Part shown: piece by piece, positions 11,176 through 20,732 of the stretch | Numbering within the stretch: position 1 is the first letter of the stretch | Layout of the letters: each line of letters begins with the position of its first letter | DNA from: an uncultured Candidatus Binatia bacterium | Lineage (GTDB): Bacteria > Desulfobacterota > Binatia > Bin18 | DNA: 64,000 nt | Direction: 5' to 3' | NCBI GenBank assembly: GCA_965200965.1 | Contig: OZ241744.1 | Span: forward strand, 224,001 to 288,000 | Made by a program: the position numbers and the translations under genes | The notes under the pieces: generated by a model | Database searches by the model: none | Seen by the model: the letters and a program-made list of their open reading frames with translations, nothing else | What the model was told of the DNA's origin: nothing

Positions 11176-11718
11176 ATGCTCACCTTCGTTACTGCCAATG
11201 CCGCCAAAGCCGCCGAGCTTGAACGCCTGCTCGGTCGGGCGGTGGCCCACCAGCCGCTCCACCTGGACGAAATACAGGCCGTTGAGCTCGAGCCGGTCGT
11301 ACGGCATAAAGCCGCCCAGGCCTACAGCGCTCTCCGCCGTCCGGTCCTGGTTGAGGATACCGGCTTGGCCTTTGCAGCCTGGAACGGCCTGCCTGGTGCC
11401 CTCATCGCCTGGTTTGTGCGCGGTCTGGGCAACGAGGGCCTGTGTCGCCTGCTGGACAGCCACCGTGCGGCAACCGCGACAACTCTGTTCGGCTACCACG
11501 ATGGAAGCGCCTGCCAAGTGTTTGCCGGCAGCGTCTCGGGCACTATTGTCGCCTCCCCGCGCGGCAGGCACGGCTTTGACTGGGACGCGATCTTTCAACC
11601 CTGTGGCAGCGCCCACACCTTTGCCGAGTTGAGCGCTGCGGACAAAGACCGCTTTTCGATGCGACGGCTGGCCCTGGAGCAGATGCTCCGTTCAGGACTG
11701 GTGTCGGACTGCGCTTGA
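11176..11718 (+). CDS. Ham1/ITPase-family non-canonical purine NTP pyrophosphatase
   Basis: VTANAAK, LDEIQ, VEDTGL, GLPG, FDWD, terminal SMR. Confidence 0.88.
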   Translation: MLTFVTANAAKAAELERLLGRAVAHQPLHLDEIQAVELEPVVRHKAAQAYSALRRPVLVEDTGLAFAAWNGLPGALIAWFVRGLGNEGLCRLLDSHRAATATTLFGYHDGSACQVFAGSVSGTIVASPRGRHGFDWDAIFQPCGSAHTFAELSAADKDRFSMRRLALEQMLRSGLVSDCA

Positions 11719-11723
11719 GTCGC

Positions 11724-12758
11724 ATGGCCCACGCCTCTTCCCAACTCCTGTCCGAGATGTTGCCCCGGGTCAGTCGCTCCTTCTCTCTGAGCCTGCGTAT
11801 CCTGCCGCCCAGCCTGCGCCCAGCGCTGGGCCTGGCCTACCTGTTCTGCCGCGCCGCGGATACGATCGCCGATACCGCGCTGCTGCCCCCAAGCCAACGC
11901 CTGGAGCAGCTTGAGCGCTATCGTCTGGCTTTTTCTCAGGACGATTTCAGCCTGCTGTCGGCCCTTCAGCACCAAGTGGGAGAGCGCCAGCACGGCGCTG
12001 CCGAGCGCGAGTTGCTGCTGAGCCTCGGGGCCTGCTTTGATCTGTTGTCCGGGCTTGGAGCAGACGATCAAGGCCGGATTCGTGAGCTGGTTCTAACCCT
12101 CACCCACGGCATGCAGATGGACCTCACGGTCTTTCCGGCTGAAGATGAGGCGGGCGGCCGCGTGGCCGCGCTCGGCTCCCGGCGCGATCTCGACCGGTAC
12201 ACCTATTATGTAGCCGGCTGTGTCGGCGAGTTCTGGACCAAGACCGCGGTCGCCCACCGTCCGGCCCTGCGCACTTGGCCGCTTGCGGTCATGGCCGAGT
12301 GCGGCGTCCGCTTTGGCAAAGGCTTGCAGTTGACCAACATCTTGCGCGACCTGGCCCACGACCTGCGTCTGGGTCGGTGTTATCTACCCCACGAAGACCT
12401 GGACCGGCTGGGGGTGAGACCCGAGGACTTACTCAAGCCGGCCAGTCTCAGCCGGATACAGCCCTTGCTTGACGAGTTGCTCGACCTGACCCTGGCCCAC
12501 TATCAGGCCGGTTGGCGCTACACCCTGGCGATTCCGCGGCGAGAATGGCACCTCCGCTTGGCCTCCGCCTGGCCGCTGCTGATCGGCGGCTCGACCCTCA
12601 GCCGCCTGCGAGGGTCGTGTCGGCTGCTTGACCCCGCCGTCCGGCTCAAAATCACACGCTCCCAGGTGTACGGGATCGTGCTGCGCTCCCTCCTCGGGGT
12701 ATGGTCCAACCGCGCCCTGCGACACCAGTACACCCGCCTCCGCGACAGACACCGCTGA
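11724..12758 (+). CDS. Squalene/phytoene synthase family protein
   Basis: VSRSF, Asp-rich DTIAD and NILRDLAHD, YTYYVAGCVG, GRCYLP. Confidence 0.88.
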   Translation: MAHASSQLLSEMLPRVSRSFSLSLRILPPSLRPALGLAYLFCRAADTIADTALLPPSQRLEQLERYRLAFSQDDFSLLSALQHQVGERQHGAAERELLLSLGACFDLLSGLGADDQGRIRELVLTLTHGMQMDLTVFPAEDEAGGRVAALGSRRDLDRYTYYVAGCVGEFWTKTAVAHRPALRTWPLAVMAECGVRFGKGLQLTNILRDLAHDLRLGRCYLPHEDLDRLGVRPEDLLKPASLSRIQPLLDELLDLTLAHYQAGWRYTLAIPRREWHLRLASAWPLLIGGSTLSRLRGSCRLLDPAVRLKITRSQVYGIVLRSLLGVWSNRALRHQYTRLRDRHR

Positions 12759-12930
12759 GGGTCACGATAGCACCACCCCCGCAAGTACCCCGCACCTTGC
12801 CCGACTATTTACCCAACACAACAATCTTGCTAGCGTTCTGGGTGCCTTGAATCCGGGCCTCTACTCGGTCGTTCTCAACCTCACGTCTCTGCTATGCGGG
12901 GGCCGGAGCAAGGCGAGTTCTGGAGGAATT

Positions 12931-13725
12931 ATGTCATATCATCGAGCGCTATGTGTTGTGACAGGTGTCGCCGGGCTGGTGTGGACAAGTTGCACCCCAA
13001 CCATGCCGCCCCGGACGCGGACAGTCTCGGCCCCACAGCTGAGCTGTGAGCAGGCCAACCGCCTGGCCTACCGGGCGGTCCAGATCCTCGGCCATCCGGT
13101 GGAGTCGGTCTCGGTTGCCACCCCCGGCTCACCCGGCCATATTGTCGCCGGCAAGAATACCGAGGCGCGCCAGGGCGAGGGCGGCAGAGTCACCATCACC
13201 TGCGGGGCCAACGGGGCCACTGTCGTGCCCGAACGGGGCGGGGTGGCGGTCCCGTCGCTGATCGGTGCGGCGGAACGGCCCGGCGGCTTTCATAACAATT
13301 TTGCCCGGACCTTTGGCATCCTGGCCACCAACCAGGAGGCGCATGCGCAGCAAGGCCCCAAGGGCGGGCTGAATATGACCCTGAGGCCCTTTGACGGCTT
13401 TGAGTCACAGATTGAACTCGGCGCAGACCTGCCGGCCAGCGGTATCCTGCCGGTCAAGGTTGAAATCCACAACAACACCCCACGCCCGTATGGGATCGAG
13501 TTGGACAAGGTCTATCTGCGGGCTGCCGGCGGGGGGCGGGTCACGCCGGTGGCCGCGCCGCCGGCCGGCCAGGTCAAGGCCCTGCACGTCGATACCCTTC
13601 AGCCGGGCCAGCAGGTGAGCGGCTTTCTGTTCTATCCGATGGGGGCCTACAGTTCGGCCAGTACGATCCTGATTGACAAAGAGAATAACGAGCGCGAAGG
13701 CTTCTCGATTCAGTTTGAGCAGTAG
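12931..13725 (+). CDS. Hypothetical exported protein or lipoprotein
   Basis: GGAGG RBS, ATG at 12931, hydrophobic signal ending in WTSC. Confidence 0.7.
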   Translation: MSYHRALCVVTGVAGLVWTSCTPTMPPRTRTVSAPQLSCEQANRLAYRAVQILGHPVESVSVATPGSPGHIVAGKNTEARQGEGGRVTITCGANGATVVPERGGVAVPSLIGAAERPGGFHNNFARTFGILATNQEAHAQQGPKGGLNMTLRPFDGFESQIELGADLPASGILPVKVEIHNNTPRPYGIELDKVYLRAAGGGRVTPVAAPPAGQVKALHVDTLQPGQQVSGFLFYPMGAYSSASTILIDKENNEREGFSIQFEQ

Positions 13726-13731
13726 CCCCTG

Positions 13732-13992
13732 CTAGAGCAGCTTCACCACGGCGGCGATCAGGCTGACTGCGACCACCATCATACTCCCCAGGCGCGGGCT
13801 GAGACGGTATTCCAGGTCTTTCAGGCTTCGCTCCAGGTCGTCTGTGGTGACAAGCCGGTCAGTGACCAATTCAGAAATGGCTTGGGCCTGGACCTCAGCC
13901 TGCTCTTCGGGCATACCGACAGGCGTGGATTTTTTCACAGAGGCGTGGGTATCAAAGACACTGGCGGAGAGTATAGGCGGACGGCGCGTCAT
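13732..13992 (-). CDS. DUF1640/CCDC90-like small coiled-coil membrane protein
   Basis: FDTH...GMPEEQAE...LVTTDDL...LEYRL followed by a C-terminal TM helix. Confidence 0.7.
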   Translation of the reverse strand: MTRRPPILSASVFDTHASVKKSTPVGMPEEQAEVQAQAISELVTDRLVTTDDLERSLKDLEYRLSPRLGSMMVVAVSLIAAVVKLL

Positions 13993-15180
13993 TCACAATG
14001 GCTTGACCGCTGGCCTGCGTCGCAGCGCGTCCCAGGCCGAGGCCCCGGCCCCCAGCAGACTAATCCCCGCGGCGCACAAAAAGGTGACGGCAAAATTAGT
14101 CGCCTCCAGGACGAGGCCCAGCCCGATGGAGCTCAGGCCGACTCCGACATCAAACGCGCCCATCAGGGTGGCCAGGGCCGGGCCGCGATCGTGGTTGGTT
14201 GAGCGATCGACCACCTGGGCCATGAGTGCCGGCTGTACGCCGCCAAAGCCGAAGCCCTGCAGGACGGCCGCGCTCAGCATCCCGAACCGGCTGCTTGACA
14301 GGGCCAGGGTGGTCATGGCCACGGCCAGCAGCACCATGCCGGGGATAATCACGGTCGGCCGTCCAAAGCGGTCTGACAGCCGGCCGGCAAAGGGCCGTGA
14401 GATTACCACCGCAATGGAATAGACGGTAAAGAACAGGCCCGGGTTGCCGAGCTGGTGGGCCTGGACAAACAGGGGCAGAAAGGACACCACCGTGCCAAAG
14501 GTCATGGTCATGCAGGCCGCGATCAGGCCCGGAAACAGGGCCGAGCGGCTGAACAGGGGCGGGCGGGCGGTGGGGGCGTGGGGCGAGGCCGGAGGGCGGT
14601 GGGGTTCGCGCAGCAGCAGGGTGAGCAGGAAGCTGGCCAGGGCTAGGCCCGAGGCCAGCCAGAACAGCTTGATAAAGCCGATCGTGCCGACCAGATAGGC
14701 ACCGAGGGCCGGGCCGATGGTCATCGACAAGTTCAGCGCCATGCCGTAATAGCCCATGGCTTCGCCCCGCCGGGAGGGCGGGGACAGGTCGGCCACAAAC
14801 ACGCTGGAGGCGGTGGTGTAGATGGCGATGCCGATGCCGTGAAAAAAGCGCAGCCCCAGCATGACCGACACCGAGCCGACCAGGGTGTACAGGGCCGGAG
14901 CCAGGAAGTAGATGCAGGTGCCGAGGCTCAGCCCGCTTTTGCGGCTCCACACGGAAACCAGCTGGCCCGACAGGGGCCGGGTCAGGACCGCGGAGATGGC
15001 AAACGCGCCCATAATCATGCCGACCTGGGATTCCGCCCCGCGCAATTCCTGGACGACGAACAGCGGCAGCACCGCAAACAGCAGGAACATGCTGCCCGAA
15101 AACAGAAACGCGCCTACGCACAGCAGTACATAATTGCGGGTGAACAGGGTAGCTTGGGGGGTCGGGTCCTGGGCTGACAT
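13993..15180 (-). CDS. MFS transporter
   Basis: 12-TM pattern, GRLSDRFGR motif A, RFFHGIG, RRGEAMG. Confidence 0.92.
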   Translation of the reverse strand: MSAQDPTPQATLFTRNYVLLCVGAFLFSGSMFLLFAVLPLFVVQELRGAESQVGMIMGAFAISAVLTRPLSGQLVSVWSRKSGLSLGTCIYFLAPALYTLVGSVSVMLGLRFFHGIGIAIYTTASSVFVADLSPPSRRGEAMGYYGMALNLSMTIGPALGAYLVGTIGFIKLFWLASGLALASFLLTLLLREPHRPPASPHAPTARPPLFSRSALFPGLIAACMTMTFGTVVSFLPLFVQAHQLGNPGLFFTVYSIAVVISRPFAGRLSDRFGRPTVIIPGMVLLAVAMTTLALSSSRFGMLSAAVLQGFGFGGVQPALMAQVVDRSTNHDRGPALATLMGAFDVGVGLSSIGLGLVLEATNFAVTFLCAAGISLLGAGASAWDALRRRPAVKPL

Positions 15181-15183
15181 CTC

Positions 15184-17073
15184 TCAGGCTGCCCGTTTCC
15201 CAGCCCCATGTGCAGCCCAGTTGGCCGGCCGGCTGGGCGTGGTCGGCGGCTCCAGACCGGTCTCGTGTTTGCAACGGGCCAGCAGCTCGGGCAGCGGAGG
15301 ACCGAAGTCAAAGGTTTGGAGTTCGCCCCGCTGCTGGGCCAGCTGTTGTCGCAGCCGCCGGGTGGCGTCGTGATCGACCTGGCCGGTGTCTGGCGCGAGG
15401 ACGATGCCGTACTCGCGCCGAGCTTTGTCAGCGGATACCAGCCCGCGCACTACGTCAAGGCGGACTGTCTCGGCCTGTCGTTGCAGCGGGTCTCCCCAGC
15501 CCCCGCCGCCGGCAGTCTGGTAGATCAATTGGTCACCGGGCGCAACCTTGATCTGGTCGCACTTGGAGGGCAGGACTTCTTGGCTGCCGCTGGCGCGCAT
15601 CAGAATTTTTTTGGACCGCATGCCAGGCTTGCCGCCCAGGATACCCCACGGCGGGGTCAGCCAGCGGTCGTCGTGAATGGCGATCTCGCCCGGCTCCAGA
15701 AAGGTATACCATTTGTCAATGCCGTTGCCCCCGCGGTGCAGACCGGCCCCGCCCGAGTCCGTCACCGAGGCATAACGATCAACCCGCAGTGGGCAGTAGC
15801 TCTCCAGATACTCGGTCGGGATGTTGGTGAACAGCGGCCACCACGAATGGCCGTCAAGGCCGTCGCCGATGGGCCGGCCGGGGATGCCGCCGTAGCCGAT
15901 CTCCATGATGAAGAAGAACTCCCCCTTGTTGTCGGTGCCGCTGTAGAGCAGGTGGGGACTGGTGCCGTAGCCGGCCGCGGTGGTCAGCTCGGGGCTTTTC
16001 TGGCCGAGGCAGCCGCTCATCACGTCAAACAGCCGGGCCAGGGTGTGGGTACGGCAGCCGAGCGGGGCCGGGAAGGTGGGGTGGAGCAGGGAGCCGTCGG
16101 GCAGCCGGGCCTCGATCAGGTCGTAGAAGCCATCGTTGAACAGAATCTGGGGGTCATAGACCATAATCAGGTAGACGCCGATGAACATCTTGAACATGCC
16201 TTCGTTCAGGTAGAAGTTGATCGGCCCCGCGGCTTGGGGGTCTGTCCCGGTCCAGTCAAAAACCGCCCGGTCGCCCTCGCGCCAGATGGTGAGTTTCATT
16301 TTGAACGGACCGTTGCCCAGCCCGTCGTCGTCAACATAGTCCTCAAAGGACTGCGGCTCGGTTGAGATATTGCGCCTGATGAGTGTCTGCATGGCCCGCC
16401 GGGTGCGGTCAAGGAGAGCTTGGCAGGCGGCCAGATAGGTGTCGCGGCCAAAGCGCTGGCACAGCTCTTTGATCCGCTGTTCCGCGGTCTTGCAGCCGGC
16501 CACAATCCCCATCAGGTCGGAGCGGTTCATGACCGGGAGGCGCACATTGTTGAGGATCAGGTTCAGGATGTCCTCGTTCAACTCACCCTTCTCAAACAGC
16601 TTGACCGGTGGGATGCGCAGCCCCTCGCCAAAGATCGATGTCGCGTTGGTCGGAAAGGAGCCGGGCAGCGGGCCGCCGACATCCATCTGGTGGCCGAACA
16701 TGGAGGTCCAGCCGATCAACTCGTCGCCGTCAAAGACCGGGACCAGGATCAGAAAGTCGTTGAGGTGTGAGATCGCCCCGCCGCACAGATAGGGGTCGTT
16801 GAGCAGGATGACATCGCCGGGGTAGAGCGGGCGGTCAAAGCGGTCCATCATCTCCCGGATATACGAGCCGAACTGCCCGACGACCATGCGCCCGGTGGGG
16901 TCGCAGATCATGGGAAACTCGTCGTGCTGCTCGCGGATGACGGGCGACATGGCGGTGCGGTACAGCACCGCGTCCATCTCGTAGCGATAGTTCTTGAGCG
17001 CGCTCTCAATGATGTCGAGCGTGACCGGGTCAAGCTCCCGGTCTGGAATAGGGGCGATATTCACGCCGCGCAT
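15184..17073 (-). CDS. Hydantoinase B/oxoprolinase family subunit
   Basis: RTAMSPVIRE, NDPY..GG..HLND, HQMDVGG, EGLRIPP, DSGGAG.HRGG, TAGGGGWGDP. Confidence 0.93.
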   Translation of the reverse strand: MRGVNIAPIPDRELDPVTLDIIESALKNYRYEMDAVLYRTAMSPVIREQHDEFPMICDPTGRMVVGQFGSYIREMMDRFDRPLYPGDVILLNDPYLCGGAISHLNDFLILVPVFDGDELIGWTSMFGHQMDVGGPLPGSFPTNATSIFGEGLRIPPVKLFEKGELNEDILNLILNNVRLPVMNRSDLMGIVAGCKTAEQRIKELCQRFGRDTYLAACQALLDRTRRAMQTLIRRNISTEPQSFEDYVDDDGLGNGPFKMKLTIWREGDRAVFDWTGTDPQAAGPINFYLNEGMFKMFIGVYLIMVYDPQILFNDGFYDLIEARLPDGSLLHPTFPAPLGCRTHTLARLFDVMSGCLGQKSPELTTAAGYGTSPHLLYSGTDNKGEFFFIMEIGYGGIPGRPIGDGLDGHSWWPLFTNIPTEYLESYCPLRVDRYASVTDSGGAGLHRGGNGIDKWYTFLEPGEIAIHDDRWLTPPWGILGGKPGMRSKKILMRASGSQEVLPSKCDQIKVAPGDQLIYQTAGGGGWGDPLQRQAETVRLDVVRGLVSADKARREYGIVLAPDTGQVDHDATRRLRQQLAQQRGELQTFDFGPPLPELLARCKHETGLEPPTTPSRPANWAAHGAGKRAA

Positions 17074-17077
17074 GGCA

Positions 17078-17127
17078 GTGCTCCTCTGTGTCTGGCTGTC
17101 CTAGCAGATGGGGCGCGTGGGGGGAAG
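17078..17127. repeat. 50-bp direct repeat, copy 1 (contains the hydantoinase B RBS)
   Basis: GTGCTCCTCTGTGTCTGGCTGTCCTAGCAGATGGGGCGCGTGGGGGGAAG; matches 19914-19963 with 2 mismatches. Confidence 0.92.
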
Positions 17128-17232
17128 GAAGCGCCGCCTGGCGTCCCTGTATCGCTCAGCATCAGCCGTCTTCAATACAGGGGTTCGTGTTCAGGGCTAT
17201 ACCGGACTCTCCATAGTCTCGGTCCGTTGGCT

Positions 17233-17559
17233 CTAAGCGTCTTTGCCTGCGGTCCGTCGGATCAATTCTTTCAGGGCCATGATGGTTTCTTCATGGCGGT
17301 GCTGCTGGGTGGCCATGCTCTCTTGGTGGCGGTGCTGCTGGGCGGTCATACTCTCTTCATGGCGGTGCTGCTGTAGGGCGTTCTGGGCGTCCCGGCTCGA
17401 ATTGCTCTTGTTCATCATCCGCAGACCCCAGGCGATGAGCAAGCATTGGGACATACCGACTCCCAGGGCGACCCAGTCGCCGGCAGACATCCCGGGGCTG
17501 GCCATCGTCTCCAGGGCGGTGACGGCTCGTTGAGCGAGGGCGAGATATGGTTCATCCAT
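17233..17559 (-). CDS. Small single-TM protein with three 11-aa repeats
   Basis: GAGGA RBS, TM segment WVALGVGMSQCLLIAWGL, QQHRH(E/Q)E repeats. Confidence 0.65.
   Translation of the reverse strand: MDEPYLALAQRAVTALETMASPGMSAGDWVALGVGMSQCLLIAWGLRMMNKSNSSRDAQNALQQHRHEESMTAQQHRHQESMATQQHRHEETIMALKELIRRTAGKDA
17275..17373. repeat. Three tandem 33-bp coding repeats
   Basis: On the minus strand CAGCAGCACCGCCA recurs with a 33-bp period. Confidence 0.9.
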
Positions 17560-17741
17560 GTGGCTGGCTTTCCTCTTGAGGTACACATTTCGTCAAGGCA
17601 GACCGTCCCCCCATGTCCGCAGTCATTTTGATTCCTGGCAATTGAATCCTCTCCGTGGCGAACTGCGTCCGGGATTTTTGCATCCTGGAGGCTGCTCATA
17701 ACCGCTCTGTACGGCACGGTATTGCAGTCAGGAGAAGCCCG

Positions 17742-18379
17742 CTACAGGTTCAGGAGTTGCTTCTTTTTGGCCTGAAACTCCTCTTCGCTGATGATCCCGC
17801 GGGTCCGCAATGAGGCAAGTTTCTCCAGCTCGTCCAGTGCTGATACTGGAGTTGCTACGAGTAGGGCTGACGGCGGGCTGTGCTCAGGCTGCGTCACAGG
17901 TTGGTCCTTCTGGTGGTCCTTCAGAGAGGGGGTGTCTGGGATAGTTTAGGTTCTTCGGAAGCCGCCGCCGGAATGGGTGCGGGTGCTGGAGCAGAGTCAA
18001 GGGCGCGAGGTCCCTCCTCTGAAAGTAAACCTGTTGGTCCAGTTTCGATAACAGTCTCGTCTTTCAAGAAGAAACCCAGCAAGCGCGCCCCTGCCGCCCC
18101 GATACTCCCAAGGACGAGGAGGGCTGCAACGCTCAGGTCTGGACTATCGATTGCCACGACTAATATCAGAGCGATCCAGGAAAAAGCGAAGTACCGCGTT
18201 ATATTCCAGCTTCGTCCGCCTCTACGCTCCTCGCCCGTTTTCAAATTACGGACAGACAAGTATACTGGAACCACAGCAACCGCGAGCAAGAATGATCCCA
18301 GCCCCATGCGTTGTTTTTCCGTGCATACACGTCCCAGCCTATCCATAGTCGCAATAAGGAGTGCAATAATCAAAGGCAT
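17742..18379 (-). pseudogene. Membrane protein with C-terminal SHOCT domain, split by a frameshift near 17930
   Basis: ORF 18379-17921 (TM segments plus Pro/Ala linker) stops; the alternate frame continues to LDELEKLASLRTRGIISEEEFQAKKKQLLNL* ending at 17742. Confidence 0.7.
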
Positions 18380-18404
18380 ACTCTGCTCCTTCCATGTGAG
18401 AGCA

Positions 18405-19298
18405 CTAATCTCGCCCCAGTACCTGTTGAACTGCCAATCCTCTGGCTGTGGCGGTGTCCCAGAGGTGTTTTTGAGTTATAGCAATTTCTTTTGCCTTTGC
18501 CGCGGCGGCGGTTGCCTGCTCGGCCACGAATTGACTGATCTGGACGACACTGACGCTCTTCGTCGCCCTGTTGGCGAGAACGCCAACGGTGAGGCCGACT
18601 AATACGCCTGCGCCTGCTGGACCCCCAGCGGTTCCGACGAGTGCAACTGCCCCCAGAGTTGCCCCGGAGACAAGAGCGCCTTTGAGGTGACCGTCAACAA
18701 ACTCTGCATACTCGCCCATCTGATGGGCTTTGTGAAAGGCTTTGGCCAAGCCCACGATGGTCACGACTATCAGCAGCGGGTTCCCGCTGATGGTGGCGGA
18801 TATTCCCATGCTGCCGACGAGTCTGGAAAAGGATTCAGTATCAGCCCGATTCCAGTTGAGAGCCAGGGAGACGATACCGATTGTGCTGCCCAGCAGTTCG
18901 GCGGCATCGTAGGTATTCAGATCGGAAAACCAGCCTTTGGGGATATGGAAAGTCGAGTTCAGGCTTTCGGCTACTTGATCGAAGGTTGACTTGTCCCAAG
19001 TCGCCAGCGGGAGTCCCCTGGGAGTAGTCCCGTCTCTGAGGAGACCCTGAATAGTTCCCCAGGCTTCCTGTATGATGCTGTCATCGGATGAGGCCCCTCG
19101 GGCGGCGTTGAAGGCCCCGGCAATGGTATGCCCTCCGTCGAACAGCCTGTGGTTGCCGCCGCCTAGGTGCGTTCCTGCGTACCCAGCGTCCATTGCCTTG
19201 TCATAAATGGTTGCGCCCCCTTTGGCCATATTCTGTAGCAAATCATTCAGGTCTTTGGACAGGCTGCTGGCTAACAGCCCTTGGGTAGTCTCCAGCAA
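18405..19298 (-). CDS. Hypothetical protein (HRLFDGGH motif, hydrophobic C-terminus), probably the 3' part of a frameshifted gene starting at 19867
   Basis: Frame is open upstream of the TTG and reads SSVADALLETTQ, continuing naturally from KKLRDAT of the upstream ORF. Confidence 0.65.
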   Translation of the reverse strand: MLETTQGLLASSLSKDLNDLLQNMAKGGATIYDKAMDAGYAGTHLGGGNHRLFDGGHTIAGAFNAARGASSDDSIIQEAWGTIQGLLRDGTTPRGLPLATWDKSTFDQVAESLNSTFHIPKGWFSDLNTYDAAELLGSTIGIVSLALNWNRADTESFSRLVGSMGISATISGNPLLIVVTIVGLAKAFHKAHQMGEYAEFVDGHLKGALVSGATLGAVALVGTAGGPAGAGVLVGLTVGVLANRATKSVSVVQISQFVAEQATAAAAKAKEIAITQKHLWDTATARGLAVQQVLGRD

Positions 19299-19867
19299 TG
19301 CATCGGCAACGGAGCTGTTGCATCCCGGAGTTTCTTGGAATTCGTCCTCAGGTGTTCCGCCACGGCACCCGTTGCCTGTGACGCCTTTTGAGAAGCATCC
19401 TGAACGGAACCGGTGACTGAGGACGCGGCGTCTGCAATTTTCCTGGAGCCGATTTGCACTCGTTCCGAGGCCGTATCCGATACCTTTTTGGAAGTGTCAC
19501 GGGCAGAATCCGCAACCGAAGAAGCGAGACCTCGCATTTTCCCAAGGCCGGCCGAACCTGTGGCAATAGCCGACGAGGCGGTATCCACGCTTTTTTTGGA
19601 AGTGTCCTTTACCTTGCCAGCCCATTGCGTAATTTTGCCGAACCTGTTGTTTTTGCCAGCCTCTTGGGGCGGGATTTCACACTGCATTGTTTTCGCCTGA
19701 TATTCGTCAGGCACACCATCCAGAACCATCGCCAGGTAAGTGTCGGTGATGTTTTCTTCCAACTCTTCCAGCGTCTTGCCCCGGGCCGTAATCTCAGGAT
19801 GTTCAAGGAGCTTGCCGAACCAGCATATTTCCGACTGCCAATAGATCAGGGTAAACTGCATTTTCAT
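19271..19867 (-). CDS. HicB-like antitoxin domain fused to a Ser/Ala/Thr-rich helical region
   Basis: LIYWQSE..WFGKLLEHPEITARGKTLEELEENITD pattern typical of short HicB proteins. Confidence 0.7.
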   Translation of the reverse strand: MKMQFTLIYWQSEICWFGKLLEHPEITARGKTLEELEENITDTYLAMVLDGVPDEYQAKTMQCEIPPQEAGKNNRFGKITQWAGKVKDTSKKSVDTASSAIATGSAGLGKMRGLASSVADSARDTSKKVSDTASERVQIGSRKIADAASSVTGSVQDASQKASQATGAVAEHLRTNSKKLRDATAPLPMHCWRLPKGC

Positions 19868-19913
19868 GTCTGCTCTCTCGTCACGCTTGGCCGGAGCAGG
19901 ATATCGGTGGGCG

Positions 19914-19963
19914 GTGCTCCTCTGTGTCTGGCTGTCCTGGCAGATGGGGTGCGTGGGGGGAAG
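19914..19963. repeat. 50-bp direct repeat, copy 2
   Basis: GTGCTCCTCTGTGTCTGGCTGTCCTGGCAGATGGGGTGCGTGGGGGGAAG. Confidence 0.92.
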
Positions 19964-19979
19964 CCGGCGGCTTGAGGGA

Positions 19980-20672
19980 TTACTCGGCCTCAAGCGGCGT
20001 CAGTTCGTCCGCGGCCGGCGGGCGGGTCGTCCACAGCCGGCCGGATTCGAGCGCAAACCACCAGCCGTGCAGGCTCAGTGTGCCGCCGGCGATGCGGTCG
20101 CTGATCCAGGGATAGGTGCGGAGGTTGTGAAGAGAGTGCAGGACGGCTTGGCGCTCAACCAGTGGGGCGTAGGCCGGCAGCCCCTCTGCGCTGACGTTTT
20201 TTGCGGGGTCGGCGGCCAGCCGTCTTAGCACCTGCTCGCAGACATCGCCGGCCAGGCTGAGCCACGCGCCGACGCATTCCAGTGCGGGCGCTCTGCCGGC
20301 GGCAGTGTCAATCAGGGCGCGGATGCCGCCGCAGTGGGAGTGGCCGAGCACGACGATGTGCGAGACCTTGAGGACTTTTACACCGTATTCGAGGGCCGCG
20401 CGCACGCCCTGGCCCAGGCTGTCGCCCGGGTCATAGGCCGGTGCCAGGTTGGCGATATGGCGCACGACAAACAGCTCGCCGGGCTGTGCGCCACACAGCA
20501 GGGCCGGGTCAACGCGCGAGTCGCTGCACCCGATCATCAGCACCTGGGGCTGCTGGCCGGCGGCCAAACGGGGCATGGGGCCGCCGGCCCCGTATTCGTT
20601 CTTACGAAAGGCCAGTGCTCCGGCCACGAGGTCGGCCAGTGGGCCGGGGAAGGGGGGGGTGTCTGAAGTCAT
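19980..20672 (-). CDS. Beta-class carbonic anhydrase
   Basis: GQQP, CSDSRV, PGELFVVR, GHSHCGG zinc motifs. Confidence 0.93.
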   Translation of the reverse strand: MTSDTPPFPGPLADLVAGALAFRKNEYGAGGPMPRLAAGQQPQVLMIGCSDSRVDPALLCGAQPGELFVVRHIANLAPAYDPGDSLGQGVRAALEYGVKVLKVSHIVVLGHSHCGGIRALIDTAAGRAPALECVGAWLSLAGDVCEQVLRRLAADPAKNVSAEGLPAYAPLVERQAVLHSLHNLRTYPWISDRIAGGTLSLHGWWFALESGRLWTTRPPAADELTPLEAE

Positions 20673-20732
20673 GCAGAACTCGTAGTGCCTGGTTGTCCAG
20701 GGATTGTTGGCGTCAGAGCGGGGGAGGGGGGG

